This document shows positions 6,697-13,579 of a DNA stretch of 20,000 nucleotides, one piece after another (the first letter of the stretch is position 1; each line of letters begins with the position of its first letter). A program made the position numbers and the translations under genes. The notes under the pieces are model-generated. The model ran no database searches, had not been told where the DNA came from, and saw only the letters and a program-made list of their open reading frames with translations. The DNA comes from an uncultured virus (IMG/VR IMGVR_UViG_3300025635_000024) (Duplodnaviria > Heunggongvirae > Uroviricota > Caudoviricetes), in IMG/VR virus record IMGVR_UViG_3300025635_000024; one strand, 5' to 3'.

Positions 6697-6734
6697 CCGT
6701 TCTTCTCCTTCAGGATTAGTTCTCTGTCTGTCAT
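6693..6734 (-). pseudogene. 13-codon mini-ORF MTDRELILKEKNG, probable deletion remnant
   Basis: ATGA overlaps at both ends. SD-like GGAG immediately upstream. Confidence 0.5.
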
Positions 6735-6982
6735 AACTCCTCCCCGTTATCTTCAGCGGCTTTGTTCAGGCGTTGTAGTGCAGTCTCTCCTTGTGCTTTA
6801 TCTTTATGGCAGTTGATCTGCGTTATCGCTTGTGGTGCTGTCGGATAAACGTACTGCCGTTGGTCTATCGTCAGGTCATCGGTAAACCGCAACGCACTAA
6901 CTAACGCTGGTGTCATTGCCGTGTATTGCTTTGGGTTCGGCTCGTCTGGGCAGATCGTAATTGTGTACGGTAATTTAGCCAT
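6731..6982 (-). CDS. Hypothetical protein
   Basis: Start reassigned to MAKLPYTITICPDEPNPKQ at 6982, which has a purine-rich SD and a short overlap with the upstream stop. Confidence 0.65.
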   Translation of the reverse strand: MAKLPYTITICPDEPNPKQYTAMTPALVSALRFTDDLTIDQRQYVYPTAPQAITQINCHKDKAQGETALQRLNKAAEDNGEEL

Positions 6983-7265
6983 GATTACTTTCCTTTGCTT
7001 TATCAAGAATAACTTTCGCTTTTTGTACGCCATCCCAAGTGTTAGGTACGCCACGGATAACTGTCCCCAACGCTTCCACCAACTCCGCATTCATCTCGTG
7101 CAGTCGTTTACGCTCTTGCTCTAACTCGGCTGCATATCGCCATCCTTCTCGTTGTGATTGATGCAGTCGGCGTAGTTCTGCATCTGCTAAGGTATGCCAC
7201 CAGCCATCACGCTCAGCAAAAGCAAAATCAGCCAGCCTTAATGCTTCTGGTTGTTTGTCAGTCAT
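6975..7265 (-). CDS. Modular phage accessory protein
   Basis: MTDKQPEALRLAD...AELRRLH...NAELVEAL. ATGA-coupled start at 7265. Confidence 0.7.
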   Translation of the reverse strand: MTDKQPEALRLADFAFAERDGWWHTLADAELRRLHQSQREGWRYAAELEQERKRLHEMNAELVEALGTVIRGVPNTWDGVQKAKVILDKAKESNHG

Positions 7266-7612
7266 TGTTCTCTCCTTGCGCGGATAGCGTTTGCAACACC
7301 ACTGGGACAACTGTCACAACGCGGCTCATATGATTCAGCCACCTTCGCACACGCCTCATTCTCATCCTTGCGACCTTCTGCTATGCCGTTAATCATGGCG
7401 CGATTCCAATTCTCTGCAATTTGCCAGTCTAGTTCTGCCAGCATGTCTTCAGTCGTTTCACCATGCCCAGTTGCATAGCTACGTTGAATCATCCACCACG
7501 CTACTTTCTCTCGCTCATCCTTGCGACCTGCTGCATAGGCTTCTCTAACCGCGACACAGGCAGGGCGTTGACATTGGTCATGGCAGGTATGGATGCTGTC
7601 TTCTTTGTTCAT
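7262..7612 (-). CDS. Modular phage accessory protein
   Basis: IHTCHDQCQRPACVAVREA, YATGHG.T.EDML.EL and EACAKVAE...AIRAR modules. ATGA-coupled start at 7612. Confidence 0.7.
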   Translation of the reverse strand: MNKEDSIHTCHDQCQRPACVAVREAYAAGRKDEREKVAWWMIQRSYATGHGETTEDMLAELDWQIAENWNRAMINGIAEGRKDENEACAKVAESYEPRCDSCPSGVANAIRARREQ

Positions 7613-7788
7613 AGTCGGTGACCTCTCATAACCCGGCATTTCTCACGATCCTGCTGGCTAAAGTCAGGGCTTATCTCTGATACAGAACAAGGGATCCTGA
7701 CTACGTTATGAGCCTTAATACCCCAGTAAATAGCCAATCCACCACATATAAATGTAAATATCAAAATAGCAATTTCAGCAACTTTCAT
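7609..7788 (-). CDS. 59-aa membrane-anchored protein (not in ORF track)
   Basis: Hand translation: MKVAEIAILIFTFICGGLAIYWGIKAHNVVRIPCSVSEISPDFSQQDREKCRVMRGHRL. SD GGAG upstream; stop overlaps the next ATG. Confidence 0.8.
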   Translation of the reverse strand: MKVAEIAILIFTFICGGLAIYWGIKAHNVVRIPCSVSEISPDFSQQDREKCRVMRGHRL

Positions 7789-7818
7789 AGTTTTCTCCGT
7801 TAGTTGTGCTGCCGAAAC

Positions 7819-7847
7819 ATAATGCTGCTTTGGCGAAATCCTGTCAA
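7819..7847 (-). promoter_or_regulatory. Leftward early promoter
   Basis: TTGACA (7847-7842)-N17-CATTAT (7824-7819). Confidence 0.75.
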
Positions 7848-7891
7848 TAGAATTTCTATATCGTAATATTCCACTTAATTAAAATTATTCA

Positions 7892-7920
7892 TTGACATAG
7901 TTATTGCATTGGTGCATTAT
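7892..7920 (+). promoter_or_regulatory. Rightward early promoter
   Basis: TTGACA (7892-7897)-N17-CATTAT (7915-7920), followed by SD CTAGGAG 7944-7950 and ATG 7957. Confidence 0.75.
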
Positions 7921-7956
7921 TCCTATACCGCAATCGCGGATTACTAGGAGATCAAT

Positions 7957-8232
7957 ATGAATAAATATGAGTTGCAATATTACTATCTTAATGAGATACA
8001 AACAGGCCATCCAGACGATTTCCTGTGCGACCTAAGTGCTGATGTAATACAGGAAGAATTCAGCAATCTACTGTCAGTCTGGGCTAATAACCGTCTTGAT
8101 GCAAATAAGTTGCGTCAGGCTCTTAGCAATGAAATAGGAGCAATGATCTGTCGTGCTACCAAGTCAGCACCAGACGTTATTCTTACAGCAGAAGATTATC
8201 AAGACTATGCAGACGAATTGAGGAGAGACTAA
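7957..8232 (+). CDS. Acidic hypothetical early protein
   Basis: First gene after the promoter. Strong SD. D/E-rich. Confidence 0.75.
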   Translation: MNKYELQYYYLNEIQTGHPDDFLCDLSADVIQEEFSNLLSVWANNRLDANKLRQALSNEIGAMICRATKSAPDVILTAEDYQDYADELRRD

Positions 8233-8426
8233 TGGATAACTCAATTATTGCAGAAGTACGCACTATTGCTTATAAAGAAGGCATTGCAGAAGGTTTTGAG
8301 ATTGCCCGTCAGATGCTTTGTAAGTCACTAGGTGAAGACCTTGATAGCTTTGGCAAGGCTTGCGCTCACGTTGATAAATTGATATGGGAGAAAGCACGTT
8401 ATGAAAAAGCTATTTTCGACGAATGA
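8232..8426 (+). CDS. Hypothetical protein
   Basis: TAATG coupling and SD GAGGAG. Confidence 0.7.
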   Translation: MDNSIIAEVRTIAYKEGIAEGFEIARQMLCKSLGEDLDSFGKACAHVDKLIWEKARYEKAIFDE

Positions 8427-8499
8427 CTGGTTTGCTAGACATCCAGTCTGCACTGGTGCAATAATGGTCTTTCTTTATCTTTTAGCCTGTTCAATATGA
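8401..8499 (+). CDS. 32-aa single-TM peptide (not in ORF track)
   Basis: MKKLFSTNDWFARHPVCTGAIMVFLYLLACSI. GGGAG upstream; stop overlaps the next ATG (ATGA). Confidence 0.6.
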   Translation: MKKLFSTNDWFARHPVCTGAIMVFLYLLACSI

Positions 8500-8669
8500 G
8501 TAAATCAATCCTAGATCCATCGTTTAAATATGTCTCAGCCGCTAATACAAACATTGCTAAGACGTTTGCAAAGATTCGCAAGGATCAGCAAGTTAAGACT
8601 AAGCCGTTACCGCCTGTTCAGGAAGTTCGGCAATTCAATATTATGCAGTATAAAAAATTCAAAGGATAA
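8496..8669 (+). CDS. 57-aa basic protein (not in ORF track)
   Basis: MSKSILDPSFKYVSAANTNIAKTFAKIRKDQQVKTKPLPPVQEVRQFNIMQYKKFKG. Fills the gap up to the ERF gene. Confidence 0.75.
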   Translation: MSKSILDPSFKYVSAANTNIAKTFAKIRKDQQVKTKPLPPVQEVRQFNIMQYKKFKG

Positions 8670-8672
8670 ATA

Positions 8673-9296
8673 ATGTCTGAATATCAAGTATACGCAAAGC
8701 TGCAAAAAGCTAGGATCAAACTACAATCAGCAGCCATTAAGAAGTCAGGACACAATAAATTCGCAGGTTATCAGTATTTCGAGCTTGGTGATTTTCTTCC
8801 TACCATTAACGAGATATTCAATGAACTTGGACTCTGCTCAGTCATCAGCTTTGATAAAGAGTTGGCTACTCTACGCATTATCGATACTGATAATGGTGGG
8901 AGCATTACATTTACTAGCCCGATGGCTGATGCTCACCTGAAAGGCTGTCATCCTATCCAGAACCTCGGAGCAGTAGAAACATATAGCCGCCGTTACTTAT
9001 ACGTTACAGCGCTTGAGATCGTAGAACACGATGCTCTTGATGCTACAACAGGCCAAGATACGCCCAAGTCTGCAAAGCCCATTACTAAAGACGTATTTGA
9101 CAGCATGACCTCTGAGGAACAAGAGGCAATCCGCAGTATCGGAGTACAAGTTATCTCCCTACTGGCTATGGACGATGTGGAAGGTGCTGTTCAGTATATT
9201 GAACAATGCGAATTGGATGCAGATTCCAAAACCGCCCTATGGAGTCTGTTGGATAGTAAACAACGGGCAGCAATTAAGAAATTCACTACAAGGTAA
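8673..9296 (+). CDS. erf: ERF-family single-strand annealing protein
   Basis: KSGHNKFAGYQYFELGDFLP and Q.LGAVETYSRRYLY..ALEI.E.D..D motifs. Confidence 0.85.
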   Translation: MSEYQVYAKLQKARIKLQSAAIKKSGHNKFAGYQYFELGDFLPTINEIFNELGLCSVISFDKELATLRIIDTDNGGSITFTSPMADAHLKGCHPIQNLGAVETYSRRYLYVTALEIVEHDALDATTGQDTPKSAKPITKDVFDSMTSEEQEAIRSIGVQVISLLAMDDVEGAVQYIEQCELDADSKTALWSLLDSKQRAAIKKFTTR

Positions 9297-9298
9297 AT

Positions 9299-9544
9299 AT
9301 GAGCAATTTTGACAATACTAATCGTGGGATTCTCTCTAAGAATCTCAATAAGACAGCCGATAATCATCCAGAATACTCTGGTTCTATCAATATAGATGGC
9401 ACAGATTACTGGCTATCTGCATGGATTAAAGAATCCAGCAAAGACGGTAAGAAGTTTTTTAGCTTGTCAGTAAAACCTAAAGATTCTGTTAAGCAGAAAC
9501 CTAAAGCAAAAGACGATCTGCCTATAGATGATGTGCCGTTCTGA
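9299..9544 (+). CDS. Small SSB-like protein
   Basis: DNTNRG.L.KN...HPEYSG.I.IDG..YWLSAW.K...FSLSV with an acidic DDVPF tail typical of SSBs. Lies next to the annealase. Confidence 0.7.
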   Translation: MSNFDNTNRGILSKNLNKTADNHPEYSGSINIDGTDYWLSAWIKESSKDGKKFFSLSVKPKDSVKQKPKAKDDLPIDDVPF

Positions 9545-9549
9545 TCTAC

Positions 9550-9713
9550 GGCCTGAAAGCGGATACTGTGAAGTGGGTAGCTGGGATTTAATCACCGCCA
9601 GCCACAGACGCAGCGAGTAAGGCCACCTAATACGCCAAGCTAGGAGTGGCGCGTAACCCTAGCAGCAGGGGCTGAGTCCTCCTTCGTAATGCTCCAAAAC
9701 TCAGTGACCCTGC
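9550..9713 (+). ncRNA. Cluster of three structured RNA elements (unassigned family)
   Basis: Stems GGCCT/AGGCC, CTGTG/CACAG, GCTGG/CCAGC; CGCCA/TGGCG with pseudoknot GCTAGG/CCTAGC; GCAGGG/CCCTGC plus GCTGAGT/ACTCAGT. GC-rich and free of long ORFs in an otherwise gap-free genome. Confidence 0.6.
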
Positions 9714-9774
9714 ACAATTTATAAAGTAAATACCATATACAGCTTTATATATTTGTATATACCATAGGAGATTT

Positions 9775-9969
9775 ATGAAACTGCTAGACGAACTGCAAAA
9801 ACGCCTTGATGCACCTAATGACCGTCAACTGGCTGCAAAACTTAATCTATCTACACCAGTAATTAGCCGCATTAGAACTGGTAAAAATGGCGTTAGTGCA
9901 GAAATTATGATTCATCTACATGAACTGCTAGGTATGTCTATTGCTGAGATCAAGGAGCTTTGCAAGTGA
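9775..9969 (+). CDS. XRE/Cro-like HTH regulator
   Basis: NDRQLAAKLNLSTPVISRIRTGK HTH. SD TAGGAG. Confidence 0.85.
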   Translation: MKLLDELQKRLDAPNDRQLAAKLNLSTPVISRIRTGKNGVSAEIMIHLHELLGMSIAEIKELCK

Positions 9970-10274
9970 CTTGGAATATTACAGAACTAGACGTTATACG
10001 GTGGGCTGAAGCTAGAGGAATTGTAGCTAATTCAGACTCCAAGACGCAGTTACTCAAAGCAGTATCTGAAATGGGAGAACTAGCAGATGCCATTATTAAA
10101 CGGGATCGACCTGCTATTATTGATGGCATTGGTGATGTGCTTGTTTGTCTTATTGTGGTGGGGGCTTTAGAGGATATTAGCCTGACACACTGTCTAGAAT
10201 CAGCCTATAACGAGATTAAAAACCGCAGAGGCTTCCTTAATAAAGATGGAGTATTCGTCAAAGATGGGAGTTAA
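9966..10274 (+). CDS. MazG-like all-alpha NTP pyrophosphohydrolase
   Basis: WAEARGI...QLLKAVSEMGELADAI...DGIGDVLV.L...AYNEIKNR.G....GVFVK. GTGA-coupled start at 9966. Confidence 0.85.
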   Translation: MTWNITELDVIRWAEARGIVANSDSKTQLLKAVSEMGELADAIIKRDRPAIIDGIGDVLVCLIVVGALEDISLTHCLESAYNEIKNRRGFLNKDGVFVKDGS

Positions 10275-10602
10275 ACCAACAGTAGAACTCTATGCAGAAT
10301 CTATTAAATATCTACTCAACAATGAAACCACAATACATCAATTCTCTGAGGCTACAGGATTCCATGTAGTAACGTCAGGAAGAATACTTAGGGTATTCCA
10401 TAAATATAAGCTAGTTCACATCTCTGACTGGGAGCAGGATAGACGAGGCAGAGACTCCATAAAGATCTATAAATGGGGGACAGGAAAAGATGCTAAACGG
10501 TTTAAATTAACAGCAGCCCAACGTCAGCAAAGACGCAGGGATTTACTAAAGAAAATAAACCATCCTATTAGTCTTCTTAGACCTTTATCAACTGGCCTCT
10601 AA
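10264..10602 (+). CDS. Hypothetical winged-helix-like DNA-binding protein
   Basis: TIHQFSEATGFHVVT..RILR.FHK.KLVHISDW and a basic tail LTAAQRQQRRR. Confidence 0.65.
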   Translation: MGVKPTVELYAESIKYLLNNETTIHQFSEATGFHVVTSGRILRVFHKYKLVHISDWEQDRRGRDSIKIYKWGTGKDAKRFKLTAAQRQQRRRDLLKKINHPISLLRPLSTGL

Positions 10603-11533
10603 ATACTACATGGTCATCATCCCAGACCTGACATAACTCTGGAGGCAATAATTCACCATCAACATAGGTTAGAACTGCAAAGCCTGACCTATGATTTTTG
10701 GGGTTGTCTTCAGAATACTCAAACTGGTCTCCATTAACGTCACAAAGCGTACCTGTATCTACCCCGTATCTATCACCTCGGTAATCGCTCCAAGGCGTAA
10801 CCTTTAGGGAATGTAGATGCCCAGTAACTACGCTAATGCCAGCTTTGACGGTATTGTTGTAAACCGCATGGATGCCATTATGATAACGATGCTTAATCAT
10901 CGTATCGTCATTAACCATAATGCTGGTAGAGAATTTCCATAGCGGAAAATGGTCAGTCAGATTCATGCCTTCTACGCCTCGCCAAGTATCCCCTACCTGA
11001 GCCGCTAAACGGGCGTTAAAGCGCATATCGTGATTCCCCCATGTCCAGTGTAGGGCAGCGCCTTTTGCGGCCTTCTCAACCTCTCCTAGACGCTCCTGAC
11101 AGGCTTCTAGTTCCTGTTTTACAGTAGGGATAGTCCCCCATCCTGAGACTGGATGCCGGGAGATGCTGGCTCCGTCAAATACATCACCATTCATAACGAC
11201 CATCCGAGGCTTTAAATCTTTGATGATCTTTACAAATGCACGATGAGCAGTGCTGATAATACCGGGCCAGTAATGACAGTCAGACCCTACAACGATAACA
11301 CCATTTTTTAATGTAACATTGACTCTGATATTGTTCTCTGGATATGTTACTTTGAAGTCAGGGCTATTCTTTGCTACACCTTTAAGAATAATCCCATACT
11401 TTTCTTCAATCTTCCTACGTCTGAATTGAACATTTCTTTCAGATATTTGTAATATTTTTGATAACTCTACTACTGAACCGTGTTTATTCCACAGACCTAT
11501 AAATTCTTGGTCTGTGCAAGATCGCTTTTGCAT
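10577..11533 (-). CDS. Calcineurin-like metallophosphoesterase with N-terminal HTH-like segment
   Basis: SDCH, NGDVFD, GNHD, KH and GHLH motifs in canonical order. Confidence 0.88.
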   Translation of the reverse strand: MQKRSCTDQEFIGLWNKHGSVVELSKILQISERNVQFRRRKIEEKYGIILKGVAKNSPDFKVTYPENNIRVNVTLKNGVIVVGSDCHYWPGIISTAHRAFVKIIKDLKPRMVVMNGDVFDGASISRHPVSGWGTIPTVKQELEACQERLGEVEKAAKGAALHWTWGNHDMRFNARLAAQVGDTWRGVEGMNLTDHFPLWKFSTSIMVNDDTMIKHRYHNGIHAVYNNTVKAGISVVTGHLHSLKVTPWSDYRGDRYGVDTGTLCDVNGDQFEYSEDNPKNHRSGFAVLTYVDGELLPPELCQVWDDDHVVFRGQLIKV

Positions 11534-11541
11534 GATCCCCT

Positions 11542-11736
11542 CTAATTAGAAAATCGATGAAATTCTCCACACCAATCATCTCTTGATGTAATTACGAAAA
11601 CGCAATCATAGTCATCGTCACCCACGTTAATCAATGCAGGTGGATAGCGTCTGCAATAGCCAACATCCTCTTTTGGCTCTACGTCAAAGAAAGAACAGGA
11701 TTGACAAGCTGGCATCCAATCTTCTTTTTTCTTCAA
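11542..11736 (-). CDS. Small four-Cys metal-binding protein
   Basis: CQSCSFF...GYCRRYPP...DDWCGEF. Confidence 0.75.
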   Translation of the reverse strand: MKKKEDWMPACQSCSFFDVEPKEDVGYCRRYPPALINVGDDDYDCVFVITSRDDWCGEFHRFSN

Positions 11737-12032
11737 GATTTATTGCCTTTAAATTCAGGTTCTTCCGTCAATAATTCAAATGAATTAGCAGGGAAAACTC
11801 TTGTATCGCCAGTTTCAAAGACCATAAAAATCGCATTATTTCTTTGTGTCCAGCAAAACCTTAGATAAATTTCGTCGCTAAAGGCATAACCATCGTTCAT
11901 TCCTCTAGCACCACAATACTGGTCTCTGGTAGTTATAACCGTCCAGCCGCCAACATTGTTTCTGAAACCTGCTGCTTCTTGCGCGAAACTATAACAACTA
12001 ATTAACGATAAGACAACAGCAAGTTTCTTCAT
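11733..12032 (-). CDS. Exported small protein (signal peptide or lipoprotein)
   Basis: MKKLAVVLSLISCYSFAQ contains a possible lipobox LISC and an SPase I site SFA|Q. Two further Cys in a beta-rich body. Confidence 0.7.
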   Translation of the reverse strand: MKKLAVVLSLISCYSFAQEAAGFRNNVGGWTVITTRDQYCGARGMNDGYAFSDEIYLRFCWTQRNNAIFMVFETGDTRVFPANSFELLTEEPEFKGNKS

Positions 12033-12033
12033 G

Positions 12034-12510
12034 TCAGCCTCCTAAATAAAGGGCTTTCTCGTCATTTCGCCTCTTTACAAGGCCTGGTAATATCTTCCCA
12101 CCGCCTTTGGTGTACTTTAGGAACTCGTTAGCGGCTCCCTCATAGTCACCTCGATTGTGCTTCTGTCTCAAGGTGCTTCTCTGTAGCGTTCCTAGCCCGC
12201 AGTTAAAGCTAAAGCTGACCAACGCATCCAACTGGCCTTGACTAGCAATAACAGGACAATACTTGGATACGCCTCGTACAAACCGAGCAAGATCGGCTTT
12301 AAGAATCTCATCTATTTCCTCTTTGGAAAATATGCGGAAATCTTCAATCTTCAATGGATAGTTAAAACGGTCAGCCATCTTCAGATTACCCTGCTCAGGA
12401 TACAGAACATGACCAACCCCAATAGTCCATAAAGCAGCAGGACAGCGGTAAGGCTTATTCCTTACTCCCTCATGCTTCTTGATTGCTTGTAAGGCTTTGT
12501 CAGAAATCAT
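12034..12510 (-). CDS. Endolysin, GH24 phage lysozyme
   Basis: HEG....YRCPA..WTIGVGH, DALVSFSFN.G and GG..LPGLVKRR..E motifs. Confidence 0.92.
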   Translation of the reverse strand: MISDKALQAIKKHEGVRNKPYRCPAALWTIGVGHVLYPEQGNLKMADRFNYPLKIEDFRIFSKEEIDEILKADLARFVRGVSKYCPVIASQGQLDALVSFSFNCGLGTLQRSTLRQKHNRGDYEGAANEFLKYTKGGGKILPGLVKRRNDEKALYLGG

Positions 12511-13022
12511 TTGCCAAACGCCCGACCACCAAAATGAAACGCTATGATGGATGCAAATAGAGCCTGAGTCTCATCATCCCAAAGCTGGTTAGCCATCTCG
12601 TTAAAAGAAACACCAGCCTCAAAGCCCTTATAAGCCAGAACCGCATCCAAGGCACACAGAAGGCCAAAAAAGCCATAAGTAATGACAGGACGTACAGAAG
12701 CCCTCAGATTCTTCATCCACTGGCTAGTGCCTTCATTTAGGCTTATATCGTGGGCATAAATGGCTTGCATCTCAGCCTGTTGAGCGCCAATCAATGCCAA
12801 TCTTTCATCAGACGCAGACTGGGTACGGATCTCGTCTAACTTAACTTCCTCAATCTTCTGTTGGGCAGCAAAACCCTCTTTAGCTAAGGCTAGTTCACGC
12901 TCTGTCTGCATCCTAGCCAATTCAAGCTCATGCTTCTTATCCGACTTATCCTGAAAGAAGTCTAGGATCTTGGGCAAACCACCCATTAAGAACGACGTAA
13001 AAGTAGATAGCAAAGTAAGCAT
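12507..13022 (-). CDS. Holin-like multi-TM protein
   Basis: Hydrophobic N-terminus, DKKHELEL coiled coil, LRASVRPVITY TM, and C-terminal IIAFHFGGR. Directly upstream of the endolysin. TAATG-coupled start at 13022. Confidence 0.7.
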   Translation of the reverse strand: MLTLLSTFTSFLMGGLPKILDFFQDKSDKKHELELARMQTERELALAKEGFAAQQKIEEVKLDEIRTQSASDERLALIGAQQAEMQAIYAHDISLNEGTSQWMKNLRASVRPVITYGFFGLLCALDAVLAYKGFEAGVSFNEMANQLWDDETQALFASIIAFHFGGRAFGK

Positions 13023-13579
13023 TAGCCCCCCAGAGTAAACATCCAAACAATTCCTGCTATTATTGCAACAGAAACTATAACACCTAGTGCTATAGCAAAC
13101 ATATCCTGAATAAACTGAACCTTCTTAGCTTTTTCTCGTCTAGCAGCCATTTCCAAAGCCTTTAGGTGCAATTTCCTATCGGTTTCTCTCTGTCTACGGT
13201 CTGCCCTCAGTTTCTCCAATCTACCCATGAATTCTTCATATAAACCGGGTTCCTGAAACTGGTAGATAAACATCTCTTTTAGGTCTTTGTAGAACTGCTT
13301 TAATTGCCTTTCAGCGACCATCATCTCAATGACGATTTCGTAGTCACTGCGGCTATCTTCCTGACCTTCAGGTGGGTTCTCTTGTAAGGCTTTAGCTTCG
13401 GCTATGCCTTCTTCAGCCTTGCCAGCAGACGAAAAAAAACTGGTAAGCGCCCCTAATGATTCATTGGCAGACTTACCAGCCTCAGCACACTCTCTAATCT
13501 CGTCAAATGCCTCTTTAGCGACATCAAAAGCAGCCTTAGCCCCTTTGATGACCATCAGGGCTGTAGCGACTTCAATCAT
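13022..13579 (-). CDS. Coiled-coil protein with C-terminal TM helix (lysis region)
   Basis: 185 aa ending FAIALGVIVSVAIIAGIVWMF. Confidence 0.7.
   Translation of the reverse strand: MIEVATALMVIKGAKAAFDVAKEAFDEIRECAEAGKSANESLGALTSFFSSAGKAEEGIAEAKALQENPPEGQEDSRSDYEIVIEMMVAERQLKQFYKDLKEMFIYQFQEPGLYEEFMGRLEKLRADRRQRETDRKLHLKALEMAARREKAKKVQFIQDMFAIALGVIVSVAIIAGIVWMFTLGG

Noticed and set aside
9550..9713. Known self-cleaving ribozyme (hammerhead, pistol, HDV-like, hairpin) or tRNA
   Set aside because: No CUGANGA core. The pseudoknot superficially recalls pistol P1 but lacks the AAA linker and P2/P3. Stem order does not fit HDV, and there is no cloverleaf or T-loop. Left unassigned pending cmscan.
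7789..9969. Classical cI/cro lysogeny switch or integration module
   Set aside because: No peptidase-bearing repressor, integrase or att-like feature is in the window. The only clear XRE HTH is 1.8 kb from the divergent promoters. Lifestyle cannot be decided from this window.
13432..13439. T8 slippery run (minus strand) as a programmed -1 frameshift
   Set aside because: The -1 frame reaches TGA within about 6 codons, and the gene is not in a tail-chaperone context.
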